From Verrucomicrobiota bacterium (GTDB lineage Bacteria > Verrucomicrobiota > Verrucomicrobiia > Limisphaerales > J093): a stretch of 64,000 nucleotides of DNA. The stretch lies in the NCBI GenBank assembly GCA_029556615.1, contig JAKQDD010000211.1, positions 1 through 64,000 on the forward strand. Reading direction: 5' to 3'. The first letter of the stretch is position 1. Each line of letters starts with the position of its first letter. The notes beneath the pieces are model-generated. The model did no database searches, was not told the DNA's origin, and saw only the letters and a program-made list of their open reading frames with translations. Positions 1-9,753 of this stretch are shown here, in pieces. Position numbers and translations under genes: made by a program.

Positions 1-197
1 CGACTTCACCGATGAGTCCACTATCGTTGAGGATGCTCCGCGTTTTGCGGGCGATGCCCTCAAGCTGGTCAGGTAGAAGCCATTCCTATTTTGATGCAAC
101 CGGGGGATTTTTGATGCAAGCAGCGTTTTTGATGCAAAGCCGCGTTGTAGGGGCTTCATGCCTCCATACTACGCGCGGGCACGATATTTCGAGCTGA

Positions 198-865
198 CTA
201 CAGGTCGATCTTCCCGCTTCGTAGACCCCGCTCCAGTGCCCACGCGGCTTGCTCGATGCTGACACGAGGGTTGGACCCGTACAGTCGCAGCGTGTAGAGC
301 AACGGGTTGTCGTCCGTGTCCATCGCATCATTGACCGCCTCGTCGATCTTGGCGTCGGTGTTCTTCTCTTCCTCCTCGACGCCCCGCGCGTAAGCCTCAC
401 GCTCCGTCTTCGCGAGGAGGTCGTCGAGACCCTTGACGCGCGGGAGGTTGCGGGCATGGTCGTCAGCCCACTCAAGGAGGCACCCCTCTGAGCAGAACAG
501 GGGATAGCTCGCAGGCAAGCGCGAGCCCTCCGCCCCCGCACCACATGCCAGGCAGGGGTCAAGGACCTCCATCATGAGGTTCTCTTCCTGTCGGAAGACG
601 CGGTGAACGCCCTGTTCAGCGAGGTCGAGCATCCACCCGATGACCTCCAGGACAACCTGGAGGACCTCGTCCCGCGCCTTGGCGGAAAGCTGGGAGGCGC
701 ACGACACCACGCTAGGTAGGAGGTCGAGGTCGACCTCGTACAGGGCCTCGATGAGAGGGTTACGCAGGGGTCGACGACGTCGACCCCCTGGAGCTTGTGG
801 GGTGAGCCCCAAGACGTGCGACCGGTCGTAGGGGAGGGGGGAGCTGCACGCGGTAGTTCGCATGC
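198..865 (-). CDS. hypothetical protein with C-terminal CxxC...CxxxC zinc-ribbon-like motif
   Basis: ORF track frame 198..980. Start placed at ATG 865 because the intergenic motif (886-894) sits about 21 nt upstream. The N-terminal extension to 980 looks like a GC-rich junk frame. Confidence 0.45.
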
Positions 866-900
866 CTCTATATCGACGATTGCCGTCGATATAGAGCTGA

Positions 901-1128
901 CTAGAAGCCGTAGAAGCGGATGTCCCGAAGCATCCGGCGGGGGAGCTGGTCAAGCGCATCGCAGGCCGCCAGCGGGTCACGCCGCGCGCGGTTGAGCTCG
1001 TGACGCTCGTGAGCTCGCCACTTGACCCAGGCGGCCTGCTTCATGCCGTGCTTGGTCTCGTTCTCCCAGGGGCAACGCAGCGAAGCGCGCACGGGGGGTG
1101 GGTTCTTCCGTCGATAGTTCTTGTGCAT
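901..1128 (-). CDS. hypothetical small basic protein
   Basis: 75-aa ORF with AAGGAGG 6 nt upstream of the ATG on the minus strand. Confidence 0.55.
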   Translation of the reverse strand: MHKNYRRKNPPPVRASLRCPWENETKHGMKQAAWVKWRAHERHELNRARRDPLAACDALDQLPRRMLRDIRFYGF

Positions 1129-1186
1129 GGGGTCCTCCTTGGCGGAGGGACCCCGGTGCTCGCGCGACAGCGGGCCATGAGGGATA

Positions 1187-2581
1187 CTAACCTGTCTGGC
1201 TCACGTGCCGGCGCAGCACGAACCGGATGATGCTGTTCACGTTGATGCGGTTCTTGCCCGCGTCGAGGGCCACGAGCTGACGGATGGTGATCTTGTCCTT
1301 GAACGGGTCCACCCCAGGCAGGTGCTGGGAGATCCACGCCATGGTCCCCTCCCGGCAGTTACCGACGGTGCGCGAGTCCTGGAAGGAGACCTCCCGGTCG
1401 AGGTCGGCCTCAAGGAGGTGCATGCCCGTCTGCCGGCTCGCCTCGGCGGCCGTGAGGGTGCGCGCCTGCTCTGCGAGCTCCGTGAGCCGCTGACGCGCCT
1501 CCTGTTCGGTCTCGCGCTCGCGGGCGCGCTTCGCCTGGGCGGCCTCGCGCTCCCGCTGGGTGCTGAGCGCGTCGAGCCGCTCCCGTCCCTTCTCCGTGAT
1601 GGCGAACCTGGCGAAGCTGCTGTGCTCGTCGTGAGGCTGCGGGACCACCAGGCCGTCCTTGGCCATCAGGCCAAGATCCTCGATGGTGTCCGGCTCTGAC
1701 CCCCGGTAGCCCCGGTGCGTGCCGAACGCCTCACCCCGAGCGGCGCGAGCGAGCGCGTCGTGCGTGCGGTACGCGATGCGCCGGACGACCAGCCCCTCGC
1801 GCTCCCCGTCCGCCCCCACGCGCACCTCCTCACCGACACCAAGCGCGGCGATCTCGACGATGCGCCCCCGGTACGCGTCGACGAGAGCCTTCCCCGCGTA
1901 CTCGCGCAGCGGGGGGTCGGATGTGGGGTTTTCGACCTCGTAAGTTCGACCCATCACCGCGATGCGCGCCTTCTCCCGCGCCACCAGCGTCGCGACGGGG
2001 ACCTTGATCCGGTGCTTGGACTCCGAACCGACATGGCGCGTCTGGCGACACGTCCGGCACTCGATGCTGTCCGAGTCGAAATGCCCGTCCTTCCGGTAGA
2101 GGAAGTTCACGTGGAGACCGTCCTTCGAGTAGCTCGACACCTCGCAGTGGCCTCCCAAGTTGCCCTCGCTCACCGCCTCGGGCAGGCGCACGCGTGCCCC
2201 CAGGTGGAGGATCTCGCCCTCCACCACCACCCGCTTGCGGTTGAGGACGCGCTCGAGCGCCGTGAGGACCGTGGCGTTCTTGCTGGAGGCCGCCAGCGTG
2301 TACCAGCGCTCCAACGTGCCCTCTCCAAGCCAGCAGGAGATCGAGAGGCCAGACTTCTCCTCGTCCGTGCGCGCGTATCGCTGATAGGACTTCATGGCCC
2401 GCGTGAGGTCGTCTGACTCCATGCGGATGTGCCCCACGATGACCGCCTGCATCGCGTGGTCGATCGCGTAGCCGCAGCGACGATTAGACGTGCGCGTCTG
2501 GTCGAGCGCATGCCGCAGGAAGGTGAGGGCCGGCGACAGACTGTAAGGTTTGTCAGGGGTCGAGGAGGAACGTGAGGCCAT
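1187..2581 (-). CDS. hypothetical protein (464 aa)
   Basis: Long ORF with protein-like composition. No P-loop or other motif recognised. Confidence 0.5.
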   Translation of the reverse strand: MASRSSSTPDKPYSLSPALTFLRHALDQTRTSNRRCGYAIDHAMQAVIVGHIRMESDDLTRAMKSYQRYARTDEEKSGLSISCWLGEGTLERWYTLAASSKNATVLTALERVLNRKRVVVEGEILHLGARVRLPEAVSEGNLGGHCEVSSYSKDGLHVNFLYRKDGHFDSDSIECRTCRQTRHVGSESKHRIKVPVATLVAREKARIAVMGRTYEVENPTSDPPLREYAGKALVDAYRGRIVEIAALGVGEEVRVGADGEREGLVVRRIAYRTHDALARAARGEAFGTHRGYRGSEPDTIEDLGLMAKDGLVVPQPHDEHSSFARFAITEKGRERLDALSTQREREAAQAKRARERETEQEARQRLTELAEQARTLTAAEASRQTGMHLLEADLDREVSFQDSRTVGNCREGTMAWISQHLPGVDPFKDKITIRQLVALDAGKNRINVNSIIRFVLRRHVSQTG

Positions 2582-2621
2582 GAAGCTAGGTCAACACACC
2601 GTCCTTCGACGGAGCTGAAGG

Positions 2622-3257
2622 CTAGTGGCCCGTGTTGGGGCTCGTCTGCGAGACGGCGTTCCCGCTCCACAACTGGCCTACTCCATGGTCGAAGCGCACG
2701 CGGTACCCAGTGCCGCTCATCTGGGGGACCTTCTTGACGGCGGGTCCTGCGAAGTGGTTGATGTCCGGCTTGACCTTGTCGTAGCCCTCATGGGACTCGA
2801 CGAGCTTCTGCTTGAGCGGGCGCACCTTGATCACCTTGTCGCCCACCTCGACCACCTGGAAGAAATCGGCGTTCGTCTGGTCGTACCCCCAGACGGTGTA
2901 GAGGACGTCTCCCACCTTGGCGGAGTGCTTCCACTCGCGCCGGGTCTGGAGCTCCTGCTGCTTGCGCTGGAGGTCCTCACGGCGAGACTTGATGGTGTCC
3001 TGCACGCGCCGCTCCCGCTGCTCCTCCGAGTTGAAGTAGTACCAGTAAAGGGGCTTGGCCGCGCGTCCCTGGTACACGAGGGCGGAGGGCTTGCCGCGCC
3101 GGTTGATGAACCGGTACACGACGAGGTCCGTCCCCTCAGGGGTCTCGGGGGTTACCTCCCGAGCCTCAGCGGGGAGATTGTGAGGGAGCACCTGCGCGCG
3201 CCGGCTTGCTAAGAGCCGGCTCACGACCTTTCTGTCCTGTGCGGAGAGCATCACCAA
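2622..3257 (-). CDS. hypothetical protein (211 aa)
   Basis: ORF in the co-directional block with an intergenic motif upstream (2603-2612). Confidence 0.5.
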   Translation of the reverse strand: MVMLSAQDRKVVSRLLASRRAQVLPHNLPAEAREVTPETPEGTDLVVYRFINRRGKPSALVYQGRAAKPLYWYYFNSEEQRERRVQDTIKSRREDLQRKQQELQTRREWKHSAKVGDVLYTVWGYDQTNADFFQVVEVGDKVIKVRPLKQKLVESHEGYDKVKPDINHFAGPAVKKVPQMSGTGYRVRFDHGVGQLWSGNAVSQTSPNTGH

Positions 3258-3260
3258 CGC

Positions 3261-3821
3261 CTAGGCCATGACCGGTTTAGCGCGATGAGTGGGGAAGAAG
3301 TTCTCCCACTTGGGGTCCTCGACGGGTGCGCCGAGGATCTCGTAGCTGCGACCTCGTCGCTGGAAGTACACGTAGACGGCCGTTTCTCCTTCGAGGAGGT
3401 ATCGCGTGTCCTCGTCCTGCGGCGCACGTGCCTGCACCGTCTGCTTGTCCTGGGAGGTGAAGATCACCTGACCGGTCGAGCTATTGATGAACCGCTCCAG
3501 GCAGACGAGGACCGCCTTGGCCGGCTTGGCGCGTACCGCGCACCAGCAGTCACCGCCGCACTTCTCACGGTACAGGTCGAACTTCTGACCCGTCTTCTGG
3601 TCGGTCACCTGGTCGAAGAACTCAGGTCCTCGCTCAGCCTCCCGCATGCGACGGTCTGATCGCTCGTACTCGGCCTCGGTCAGAAAGATGTCGCGCTCTT
3701 GGTAGCCCTTGGCACCAAGGTAGACGTGCAGCGAGTGCAGTGGGGTGGGATCGCCAGGGGCCGGAGAGGTTGCTTGGGTCGGGGAGGTCGCTTGGGTCGG
3801 GGAGGTCGCTTGGGTCGTCAT
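3261..3821 (-). CDS. hypothetical protein with N-terminal QATSPT x3 repeat
   Basis: ORF. An 18-bp tandem repeat (gcttgggtcggggaggtc, about 2.5 copies at 3766-3815) encodes the N-terminal repeat. Confidence 0.5.
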   Translation of the reverse strand: MTTQATSPTQATSPTQATSPAPGDPTPLHSLHVYLGAKGYQERDIFLTEAEYERSDRRMREAERGPEFFDQVTDQKTGQKFDLYREKCGGDCWCAVRAKPAKAVLVCLERFINSSTGQVIFTSQDKQTVQARAPQDEDTRYLLEGETAVYVYFQRRGRSYEILGAPVEDPKWENFFPTHRAKPVMA

Positions 3822-3862
3822 GACACGAGGTCGAGAAGACCCGAGCGATCGGAGCTGAGTAA

Positions 3863-5818
3863 CTACGCGGACTTGCTGGGCAGGGCGGGGGCGTCCTTCT
3901 TGCCCACGAGGTCCTTGGCGACCTCGGCCACCTGCTGGACCGCCTGAGCCGCGGTGGCGCGGACAGTCTCGGAGGCCCCCGCGAGGCCCCCCTCGACCAT
4001 CTGGCTGAGCCCCATACCGCGCATGAAGTGGCCGGTCATCTTCGCCACGTCCTCGGGCGTGCCGTAGACGTTGGCGTTCACCTTGCCGAGGAGGTTGACG
4101 GTGGCCTTCGCGGTCTCGATCTGCACGCGGGCCGTAGCTTCGATCCGCAGCTTGGTGAGCTCGAACTCCTGCTGGGCCGCGCCGTGCTCGGTACGAGCCT
4201 CCATCTCCTGCTTGAGCACCGTGACGCGCTGACGCTCGACCTCCATCTGCTGCTGGGCCACCTGGACGGGGACGAGAGCCTCGGCGCGGGAGCCCTCGGC
4301 ACGGAGGGTCTGGGCCCTGGAGTCGGCCTCGGCACGCATCATCTGAGCCTTGGCCTCGGCGTCAGCCTTCTTGAGGAGCGCCTCAGCGGCAGCGGCAGCG
4401 GAAGACTGCTGCGCCGCTGCTTCCTTCTCGATCACGTACGCCTTGGCGTCGGCACCACGCTTGGCCTCGATGAGCTTCTGCTCGGCCAACGCGTCGGCCT
4501 CAATGACCTTCTGCTTGCGCAACCGGTCCGCCTGGGCCTCGACCTCGACCGTCTGGATCTGCTGGATCGCGCGAGCTCGCTCGGCTTCCGCCTCTGCACG
4601 CTTGGCCTCTGCTACCGCCTTGTTCTTCTCGGCGTCCGCGACCTGCGTGGCGCGCTGCCGGTCGGCGATGTCGACCGCCTGGTTCTGCTGCACGTCGGCC
4701 AGCCGGACGGTCCGCTGCTGCTCAACCTCAGCGAGCTTGACGGCCTGAGCCTGACCCACCTGGGCCAGCCTGACCGCCTGCTCCTGCCGGACCTGGGCCT
4801 CGGCGAGCGCCTGGGCCTGGTCGACCTGAGCAAGCTGGACCGCCTGCTCCTGTCGAACCTGGGCGAGCTTGAGGGTCTGGGCCTGATCGACCCTGGCGAG
4901 CTCGATGGCCTGGTTCGCCAGGAGAGCCTGCTCCTGGGCACGCTGGTTCTGCTTGGCCGTCACGGCCGCGATGTCCGTCTTCTGCGCGAGCTCCGCCTCG
5001 GTGCGCTGCTGCTCAAGGATCAGGACCTTCTGTCGGGTCGCCACGTCCTGCTCGGTGCGCGCCTGCTCGCCCTGTCGCTCGATGGCGTTACGCTCGGTGA
5101 GCTGTCGCTGGGTGATCTCGGCGATGGCCCGCTTGCCCTGGGCATCGAAGATGTTGTCATCCCGCAGCGCCTTGGGGTTGGTCTGGTCGAGCCGCGAGAT
5201 CGTCGCGGTCTCCAGCGTCAGGCCGTTGGCCTCCAGGTCCCCGGTGAGCACGCTGCGTACCTCCTGCATGAACTCGTCGCGCTTGGTGTTGAGCTCCTCC
5301 AGCGTCTTGGTGGCGGCGACCTGGCGGAGCGCCGAGACGAGCTTGTCCTCGACGACCCGCTTGATGGATTCGGTATCCATCTTGTCCCCGAAGCTGCGGG
5401 ATGCGTTGACGATCGACCTGTCGTCCGGCTGGACGCGAACGAAGAACTCCGCGTGGATGTCGGCCCGCAGCTTGTCGTGGGTGATGAGGGCGTCGGAATC
5501 CTTGCGCTCCACCGCGAGTCGCACCGTCTGGAGGGTCACGCGGGTCGCGTTGTGGATCACGGGAATGAACAAGGTGCCCCCGTCCTTGACGACCCGCATA
5601 CCTCCCATGCCGGTCCGTACGAGCGCCGAGGAGGAGCTCGTGCGCACGTACAGCTTGGAGATGACCCCGATGACGGTGCTCACGACGAGCAGCACCAGTC
5701 CGAGCAGCATGAGGATGATGGTCGCCGCGCTGGCTAGATGAATCCCCGCGATCGCAGGGACGACGACCGGCCCCAGCAGGAGGAGTGCCCCAAGAAGGGC
5801 GAGAAGTACGAGCAACAT
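3863..5818 (-). CDS. flotillin / SPFH (band 7) family protein, YqiK-like
   Basis: N-terminal TM helix, SPFH-like core, a long Ala/Gln/Glu-rich coiled-coil region (repeated AQV, LAQV, EAQ), and a C-terminal tail. This architecture is typical of bacterial flotillins. Confidence 0.8.
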   Translation of the reverse strand: MLLVLLALLGALLLLGPVVVPAIAGIHLASAATIILMLLGLVLLVVSTVIGVISKLYVRTSSSSALVRTGMGGMRVVKDGGTLFIPVIHNATRVTLQTVRLAVERKDSDALITHDKLRADIHAEFFVRVQPDDRSIVNASRSFGDKMDTESIKRVVEDKLVSALRQVAATKTLEELNTKRDEFMQEVRSVLTGDLEANGLTLETATISRLDQTNPKALRDDNIFDAQGKRAIAEITQRQLTERNAIERQGEQARTEQDVATRQKVLILEQQRTEAELAQKTDIAAVTAKQNQRAQEQALLANQAIELARVDQAQTLKLAQVRQEQAVQLAQVDQAQALAEAQVRQEQAVRLAQVGQAQAVKLAEVEQQRTVRLADVQQNQAVDIADRQRATQVADAEKNKAVAEAKRAEAEAERARAIQQIQTVEVEAQADRLRKQKVIEADALAEQKLIEAKRGADAKAYVIEKEAAAQQSSAAAAAEALLKKADAEAKAQMMRAEADSRAQTLRAEGSRAEALVPVQVAQQQMEVERQRVTVLKQEMEARTEHGAAQQEFELTKLRIEATARVQIETAKATVNLLGKVNANVYGTPEDVAKMTGHFMRGMGLSQMVEGGLAGASETVRATAAQAVQQVAEVAKDLVGKKDAPALPSKSA

Positions 5819-5854
5819 AGGTTCTCCTTGTGACGGGCCAAGGCCCGGATGTGA

Positions 5855-6490
5855 CTACTGAGGCTCCCGAATGACGCTGTGGACTCCCGTGTCCGCGTCG
5901 TACCCGGCGACCATGACGCGCTCCCCCTTGGGGATCGGCCCCTCCAGTGCTCGGGCCTTGAGCACGTGGTAGCTGCCCACGTCGTCGTACACCCCGACGT
6001 ACCCCGAGTCAGCCCCGACGTCACTCGTCGCCTCCCCGGTTGATCCCACCAGGGACTCGGCCGTCACGCTGTGGTGCTCGTGCGTCGGAAAGAACCGACC
6101 AACCAGCAGGCATAGTCGTCGCCCGAGCAGGAAGATCGAAGCGACGGCCATGACGAGGGACAAGAACCCAACCCAACCGGACGACAGGTAGGCCGACAAG
6201 AGGCGGGTGACGATCAACCCCGTGGTCCCGAAGATCAGGGTGGTTATCGCGACCGCCAGGCCCGTGGGAACGCTGCCCGACCCGAGCGCGTAGAGCACCC
6301 AGGACATCGGCCCAGCCCCCTCAACACCCTCGGCGTCACCCTCTGGCTCAGCGTCCGCTTCGACGTCGACGTCGGCGTCGGCGTCAGCTTCGGCGTCCGC
6401 ACCCATCGACAGAATGGAGCCAAGGCACACCACGATGCCCACTACGATGGTCGCTACATACAGGAGCACGTACCAGGATTGGAGGTTCAT
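5855..6490 (-). CDS. NfeD-like (YqiJ-like) membrane protein, partner of the SPFH protein
   Basis: Multiple TM helices with an acidic DAEADAD linker and a C-terminal beta-rich OB-like segment. It sits immediately upstream (same strand) of the flotillin gene, the usual nfeD-SPFH operon arrangement. Confidence 0.6.
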   Translation of the reverse strand: MNLQSWYVLLYVATIVVGIVVCLGSILSMGADAEADADADVDVEADAEPEGDAEGVEGAGPMSWVLYALGSGSVPTGLAVAITTLIFGTTGLIVTRLLSAYLSSGWVGFLSLVMAVASIFLLGRRLCLLVGRFFPTHEHHSVTAESLVGSTGEATSDVGADSGYVGVYDDVGSYHVLKARALEGPIPKGERVMVAGYDADTGVHSVIREPQ

Positions 6491-6526
6491 ACCCCATCCT
6501 ACCGGCCTGGTTTTGGGGCGGAGCTG

Positions 6527-6817
6527 TCAGGCGAGCAACAAGCGCAAACGATGCTCCTCTACGGCTGCGTTCGCGACGATGAGGGCCTGGTCGGCGATCT
6601 TCCGCGTGCGGAACGTGTAGTAGCCGTCCACGCTGCGCCCAGTCGAGAGTCTCGACCGCCCGATCGCGAAGCGCGCCGCGCGAGTCAGGCGTGGGTCGGC
6701 CCCGTAGCGGTCCCAGCGGAGGTAGAAGACCCGGTCGATCCGGTCGACGACCAGCTTGTGGTCCTCGGAGGAGACAGGCAAGGCTCGAATGTGTGCAGGC
6801 ACCATGAAGGGGTCCAC
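6527..6817 (-). CDS. hypothetical protein (GTG start)
   Basis: 96-aa ORF in the block. Start codon is GTG. Confidence 0.4.
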   Translation of the reverse strand: MDPFMVPAHIRALPVSSEDHKLVVDRIDRVFYLRWDRYGADPRLTRAARFAIGRSRLSTGRSVDGYYTFRTRKIADQALIVANAAVEEHRLRLLLA

Positions 6818-6835
6818 AAAGCGTGTCGAAGGGAA

Positions 6836-8245
6836 CTACTGAGCCGCCAGCCGGCACGTCAGGCCGTAGAGGGCGTCTGACAGCACGATGCGCCAAGCGG
6901 GGGTATGGGACTCCGGGCCGAGCTCGCGCATGGAGGCCGGTAGCGCGTCCACCTGCTCGCGCACGTACTGGCGCACGTCCTCAGGACGGGAGGTGGGCCC
7001 GACGGGGCGCGTTCCGCGCCACAGCGGCTGGAGCAAAGGGGTGAGACCGCTGGGGGCGGGTTCGTACTCAAGCTGAAGCAGGTCGTAGCCGTCCCCGCGG
7101 TAGCACTGGATCGGTCCCGGCAGGGTCGTCTTGCCCGACCCCGACGAGGTCTTCATGACGGGCACGCCGAAGCTGTTCGACACGACCTTCCCGACCGCGC
7201 CGATCCCCGTGGCCGCGTCGGGCGAGCAGGTGATGTTCTCGCCGACCCCGAAGGCGTCGGCACCGGCCGCGGCGAGCTTCAGCACGCGGTGCTCGTCCAG
7301 CCCGTCCGACACGGTGATCCGGGTCTGCGAGGACCCGAGTTCGTCGAGGAGCGCGCGAGCTCGACGCACGGTCTCCTCGGTGACGTTGGAGTCGATGCGT
7401 ATCCCCTTCAGGGGGCGGCTAGTGTCGCGCGCCGCCTGGACCGCGCGGCGGATCCCCCGCTCAGTGTCGTAGGTGTCGACGAGGAGCACGGAGGCGCTTG
7501 CCTGCTCCAGCATGCGGCGGAACGCGACCCCCTCGGAGTGGTCCCGCGACCCGCCGTCCTCGCACGCCATCACGGCGAAGTGGTCCATCGTGCCCGCCAC
7601 CGGGACCCCGAACACGGAGGCCGCGGCGAGGTTGCTCGTCCCCGCACAGCCCGCGATGTAGGCCGCGTAGGAGGCTCGGACGGCCGCGTCGGGGTCCGTC
7701 CGGCGCTGCCCGAACTCGTAGACGGGCCGGTCCACGCCGTCGAAGCGGGCGGCCATCGCCACCCGTACCGCCTTGGAGGCGACCATCGACATGTGGTTCA
7801 GCCGCGACAGCCAGGGCGTCTCGACCAGCTTGCACTGGAGGAGGGAGGTCCGCACCTGGAGCAGCGGGGTCGCCGCGCAGAGGGGGGACCCTCCCACCAG
7901 GGCAACGTCTCCGCTCGTGCGCCGCGCGATGCCGGCGTGCGCGAGCGTCCCCTCGGGGAGGGCGTCGATGTCGCCCGTGAACCCGGAGATGTTCTCCAGG
8001 TCCCAGATGAGCCGCTCGTCTCGGCCGGGAACGACCTCGCGCAGGAACTGGAGGTCGCGAGGGCGGAAGGTGAGCCGCTCCGCGTGGTCCAGGATCTCCT
8101 GGTACCCGCACGCCACCACGAACCGCCGGTTCCGCGGGAGCCGTCGGAAGAAGAAGCTCATCCACAGGGGCGCGTCCGGCACGTAGTCGCGCAGCGCGAG
8201 GTAGGAGGTGAGCTGGTAGAGGTCAACGCCAAGGGAGGGGTTCAT
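6836..8245 (-). CDS. nicotinate phosphoribosyltransferase-like enzyme (NAPRTase / PncB family)
   Basis: N-terminal DLYQLTSYLA motif typical of NAPRTases. Length 469 aa. Gly-rich phosphoribosyl-binding segments in the C-terminal half. Confidence 0.7.
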   Translation of the reverse strand: MNPSLGVDLYQLTSYLALRDYVPDAPLWMSFFFRRLPRNRRFVVACGYQEILDHAERLTFRPRDLQFLREVVPGRDERLIWDLENISGFTGDIDALPEGTLAHAGIARRTSGDVALVGGSPLCAATPLLQVRTSLLQCKLVETPWLSRLNHMSMVASKAVRVAMAARFDGVDRPVYEFGQRRTDPDAAVRASYAAYIAGCAGTSNLAAASVFGVPVAGTMDHFAVMACEDGGSRDHSEGVAFRRMLEQASASVLLVDTYDTERGIRRAVQAARDTSRPLKGIRIDSNVTEETVRRARALLDELGSSQTRITVSDGLDEHRVLKLAAAGADAFGVGENITCSPDAATGIGAVGKVVSNSFGVPVMKTSSGSGKTTLPGPIQCYRGDGYDLLQLEYEPAPSGLTPLLQPLWRGTRPVGPTSRPEDVRQYVREQVDALPASMRELGPESHTPAWRIVLSDALYGLTCRLAAQ

Positions 8246-8281
8246 GCGCCAGGGTCGGCTCGACCCCCAGTAACGGAGCTG

Positions 8282-8563
8282 TCAGAGGTCCCGGATGATG
8301 GGGTCAAGGTCCGAGGGGATCGGGTCCTCGGGGGGGACCTGGGCGCGAATCGCGGGAGCGAGCGGGACCGAGATGTCCAGGTACCGGATGGGGGGACCTC
8401 CCTCCTCGACCAGGCCCACGACCTCCCCCGGCGCGTACCAGCCGCGCCGTCCCCCGAAGTCGACCTCGAAGGGGAAGGCGCGCGTCGGCTCGACGCGCAC
8501 GATCGTCCCCACCCCATGGGTCGCACCTGGAGGGACTCCGGGTGGTCTGGCCGAACCTCGCAC
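8282..8563 (-). CDS. hypothetical small protein (paralog of 8589..8927; shared WYAPxEVV motif)
   Basis: ORF with an intergenic motif upstream and a shared motif with its neighbour. Confidence 0.45.
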   Translation of the reverse strand: MRGSARPPGVPPGATHGVGTIVRVEPTRAFPFEVDFGGRRGWYAPGEVVGLVEEGGPPIRYLDISVPLAPAIRAQVPPEDPIPSDLDPIIRDL

Positions 8564-8588
8564 TGCACCTGGACGCGCAGCCCCACCA

Positions 8589-8927
8589 TCACAGCTTGGA
8601 CACCTCCGCGTCGAGGTCCGTCGGGAACGGCTCCGGCCTGCGGAGGTCGGGGAGGCATAGCTCGTCGATCATGTCGACGATCTCCTCCGGCGCGTACCAG
8701 GCGTGCGTGGGCTTGCCGTCCGCGCGGAGGTGTCGAACCTCGAAGCACAGGCCGTGCGAGTTGCTGTAGTCGACCACCTCCCCCAGGCCGTCACGCCTCC
8801 ACTCGGGGTGCATGAACTCCCGGTCGAACGCGGGGTTGACGCGGACCGTCACCCGCGTGCCGATCGGGTTCAGGCGACCCGGATACTCCGACGCGAACTT
8901 CTCCTTGGATCCTACGAACGTGGGCAT
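8589..8927 (-). CDS. hypothetical small protein (paralog of 8282..8563)
   Basis: ORF carrying the WYAPEEIV motif. Confidence 0.45.
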   Translation of the reverse strand: MPTFVGSKEKFASEYPGRLNPIGTRVTVRVNPAFDREFMHPEWRRDGLGEVVDYSNSHGLCFEVRHLRADGKPTHAWYAPEEIVDMIDELCLPDLRRPEPFPTDLDAEVSKL

Positions 8928-8975
8928 CCATCCTCCGAGGGGGGATGGATTGCTCCACGTGGAACATGGAGCTGT

Positions 8976-9323
8976 CTAGTCGAACTTGTCGAACACCCGC
9001 GGGTCCTCGTACGCCCGCCCGTGGTGGGCCGCGACGCGCGCCTGCTCGGCCGCCACCTGCTCGGCGGTCCAGGCGATCGGCCCCTCGTAGGTGACGTCCT
9101 CGACGCGCGCCAGGCACCCGCAGACGCCCGTGCCCGAGACGAACTCGGCCTGCTCGCGCCCGCACCGCACGTACTGGAACTCGCGCGGCGTGACCTCCAG
9201 GAGCTCGAACATCGCCCGGTCGTCCGCGCTGTACTCGACCCGCTCGCGCCGGTAGAAGCACGTCGCGCGGTAGCCTGACCCGCGGTACTGGAAGCAGTCG
9301 GTGATGTTGAAGGGGGCGCTCAT
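8976..9323 (-). CDS. hypothetical protein
   Basis: ORF with motif GGATCGGAGCTGAC at 9347-9361 about 25 nt upstream of its start. Confidence 0.45.
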   Translation of the reverse strand: MSAPFNITDCFQYRGSGYRATCFYRRERVEYSADDRAMFELLEVTPREFQYVRCGREQAEFVSGTGVCGCLARVEDVTYEGPIAWTAEQVAAEQARVAAHHGRAYEDPRVFDKFD

Positions 9324-9360
9324 GCTGAGTAGTAGACGCGCCCAGGGGGATCGGAGCTGA

Positions 9361-9684
9361 CTAGAGCTCCACGTCGATCGGGTCGACCTGGCGCACCAGG
9401 CCGCACCACGCGCGGCAGAGCCGCCGGCCGGCGATCCGCTCGACCGTGCCCGGCTGAAGGTCGCCGCGCGAGCACATCCCGCCCGCGACCTTCGGGTTGC
9501 CCTTCTTCTTGCGCCGGCACCGGCAGCCGAGCGACTTCCGCTTGCGGAAGTACCACTCGGCGCGCTCGCACTCGCAGTCGAGCGTCCCGTCCGGGTGGAC
9601 GACGCGCAGGTGCTCCTTACGGGCTCGCGCCGCGTACCGATAGGTGCGGTCGATCCGGTCCTCTCGCTTCTCGTACTGTGACAT
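9361..9684 (-). CDS. hypothetical Cys-rich basic protein
   Basis: ORF. TAG stop fused to the intergenic motif. Confidence 0.45.
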   Translation of the reverse strand: MSQYEKREDRIDRTYRYAARARKEHLRVVHPDGTLDCECERAEWYFRKRKSLGCRCRRKKKGNPKVAGGMCSRGDLQPGTVERIAGRRLCRAWCGLVRQVDPIDVEL

Positions 9685-9753
9685 CGTGACCTCCTTGGGC
9701 CGCCCCGCCGTGGGGCTGGCGCATGGAGGTCATGGGTGCGTGCGTCATGTGGG

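Noticed and set aside
4028-5737. Very long plus-strand ORF (569 aa) and other long ORFs antisense to the flotillin gene
   Set aside because: Leu/Gly/Arg-rich low-complexity translation typical of the antisense frame of a GC-rich coiled-coil gene. The minus-strand SPFH reading is clearly the real one.
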